DNA of 63,948 nucleotides, counting the filler, from Chiloscyllium plagiosum (Eukaryota), in assembly GCF_004010195.1 (NCBI RefSeq). It is 5 parts of one record of this genome, joined end to end, with 100 filler letters (N's around TTAATTAATTAA, not from the genome) between each part and the next. Parts side by side here need not be neighbours in the genome. Positions count along the whole stretch, not along the records: positions 58,459 to 63,948 come from NC_057714.1; 4 more parts are not named here. One strand, 5' to 3'. The notes beneath the pieces are model-generated. The model searched no databases. It had not been told where the DNA came from and saw only the letters and a list, made by a program, of their open reading frames with translations. Of this stretch, positions 63,736 through 63,948 are shown piece by piece. How positions within the stretch are numbered: position 1 is the first letter of the stretch; every line of letters starts with the position of its first letter. The position numbers and the translations under genes are program-made.

Positions 63736-63948
63736 CATAGAGTCATAGACTCATAGAGTCATAGAGATGTACAGCACGGAAACAGACCCTTCGGTTCAAC
63801 CTGTCCATGCCGACCAGATATCCCAACCCAATCTGGTCCCACCTGCTAGCACCTGACCCATATCCCACCAAACCCTTCCTATTCATATACCCATCCAAAT
63901 GCCTTTTAAATGTTGCAATTGTACCAGCCTCCACCACTTCCTCTGGCA
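63733..63948 (-). mobile_element. Young CR1 LINE 3' end with (catagagt)n tail
   Basis: ORF 63743..63937 VEAGTIATFKRHLDGYMNRKG; 8-bp tail repeats. Confidence 0.95.

Overview
Eukaryotic, transposon-saturated DNA, very probably from a shark (HE1-type SINEs, elasmobranch-type CR1 LINEs). It is not one locus. Four identical 100-bp linkers (44 N + TTAATTAATTAA + 44 N) join five unrelated scaffold pieces: 1-20175, 20276-35678, 35779-48862, 48963-58358 and 58459-63948. I can support no intact host protein-coding gene; nearly all long ORFs are retroelement remnants or satellite read-through. Contents: many CR1 LINE fragments, tRNA-headed SINEs, two families of Penelope-like elements carrying minimal hammerhead-ribozyme motifs (including a tandem pair), two Gmr1-type Gypsy LTR elements with SCAN-like gag plus solo LTRs, a Harbinger transposase relic, an L1 fragment, and three minisatellite families (42, 33 and 23 bp) that appear to derive from retroposon sequence. 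The second piece is a decayed, co-oriented tRNA gene cluster (Val x2, Leu, Gly-like x3, iMet x2, intron-bearing Arg) partly arranged as a ~3.2-kb-period duplication. One copy contains a template-switch-type inversion flanked by a perfect 77-bp inverted repeat. I found no convincing wholly new biological system; the best leads are the hammerheads, the tRNA-cluster fossil and the SINE/LINE-derived satellites. Family names come from recall of consensus sequences and were not database-checked; boundaries of old fragments are approximate.
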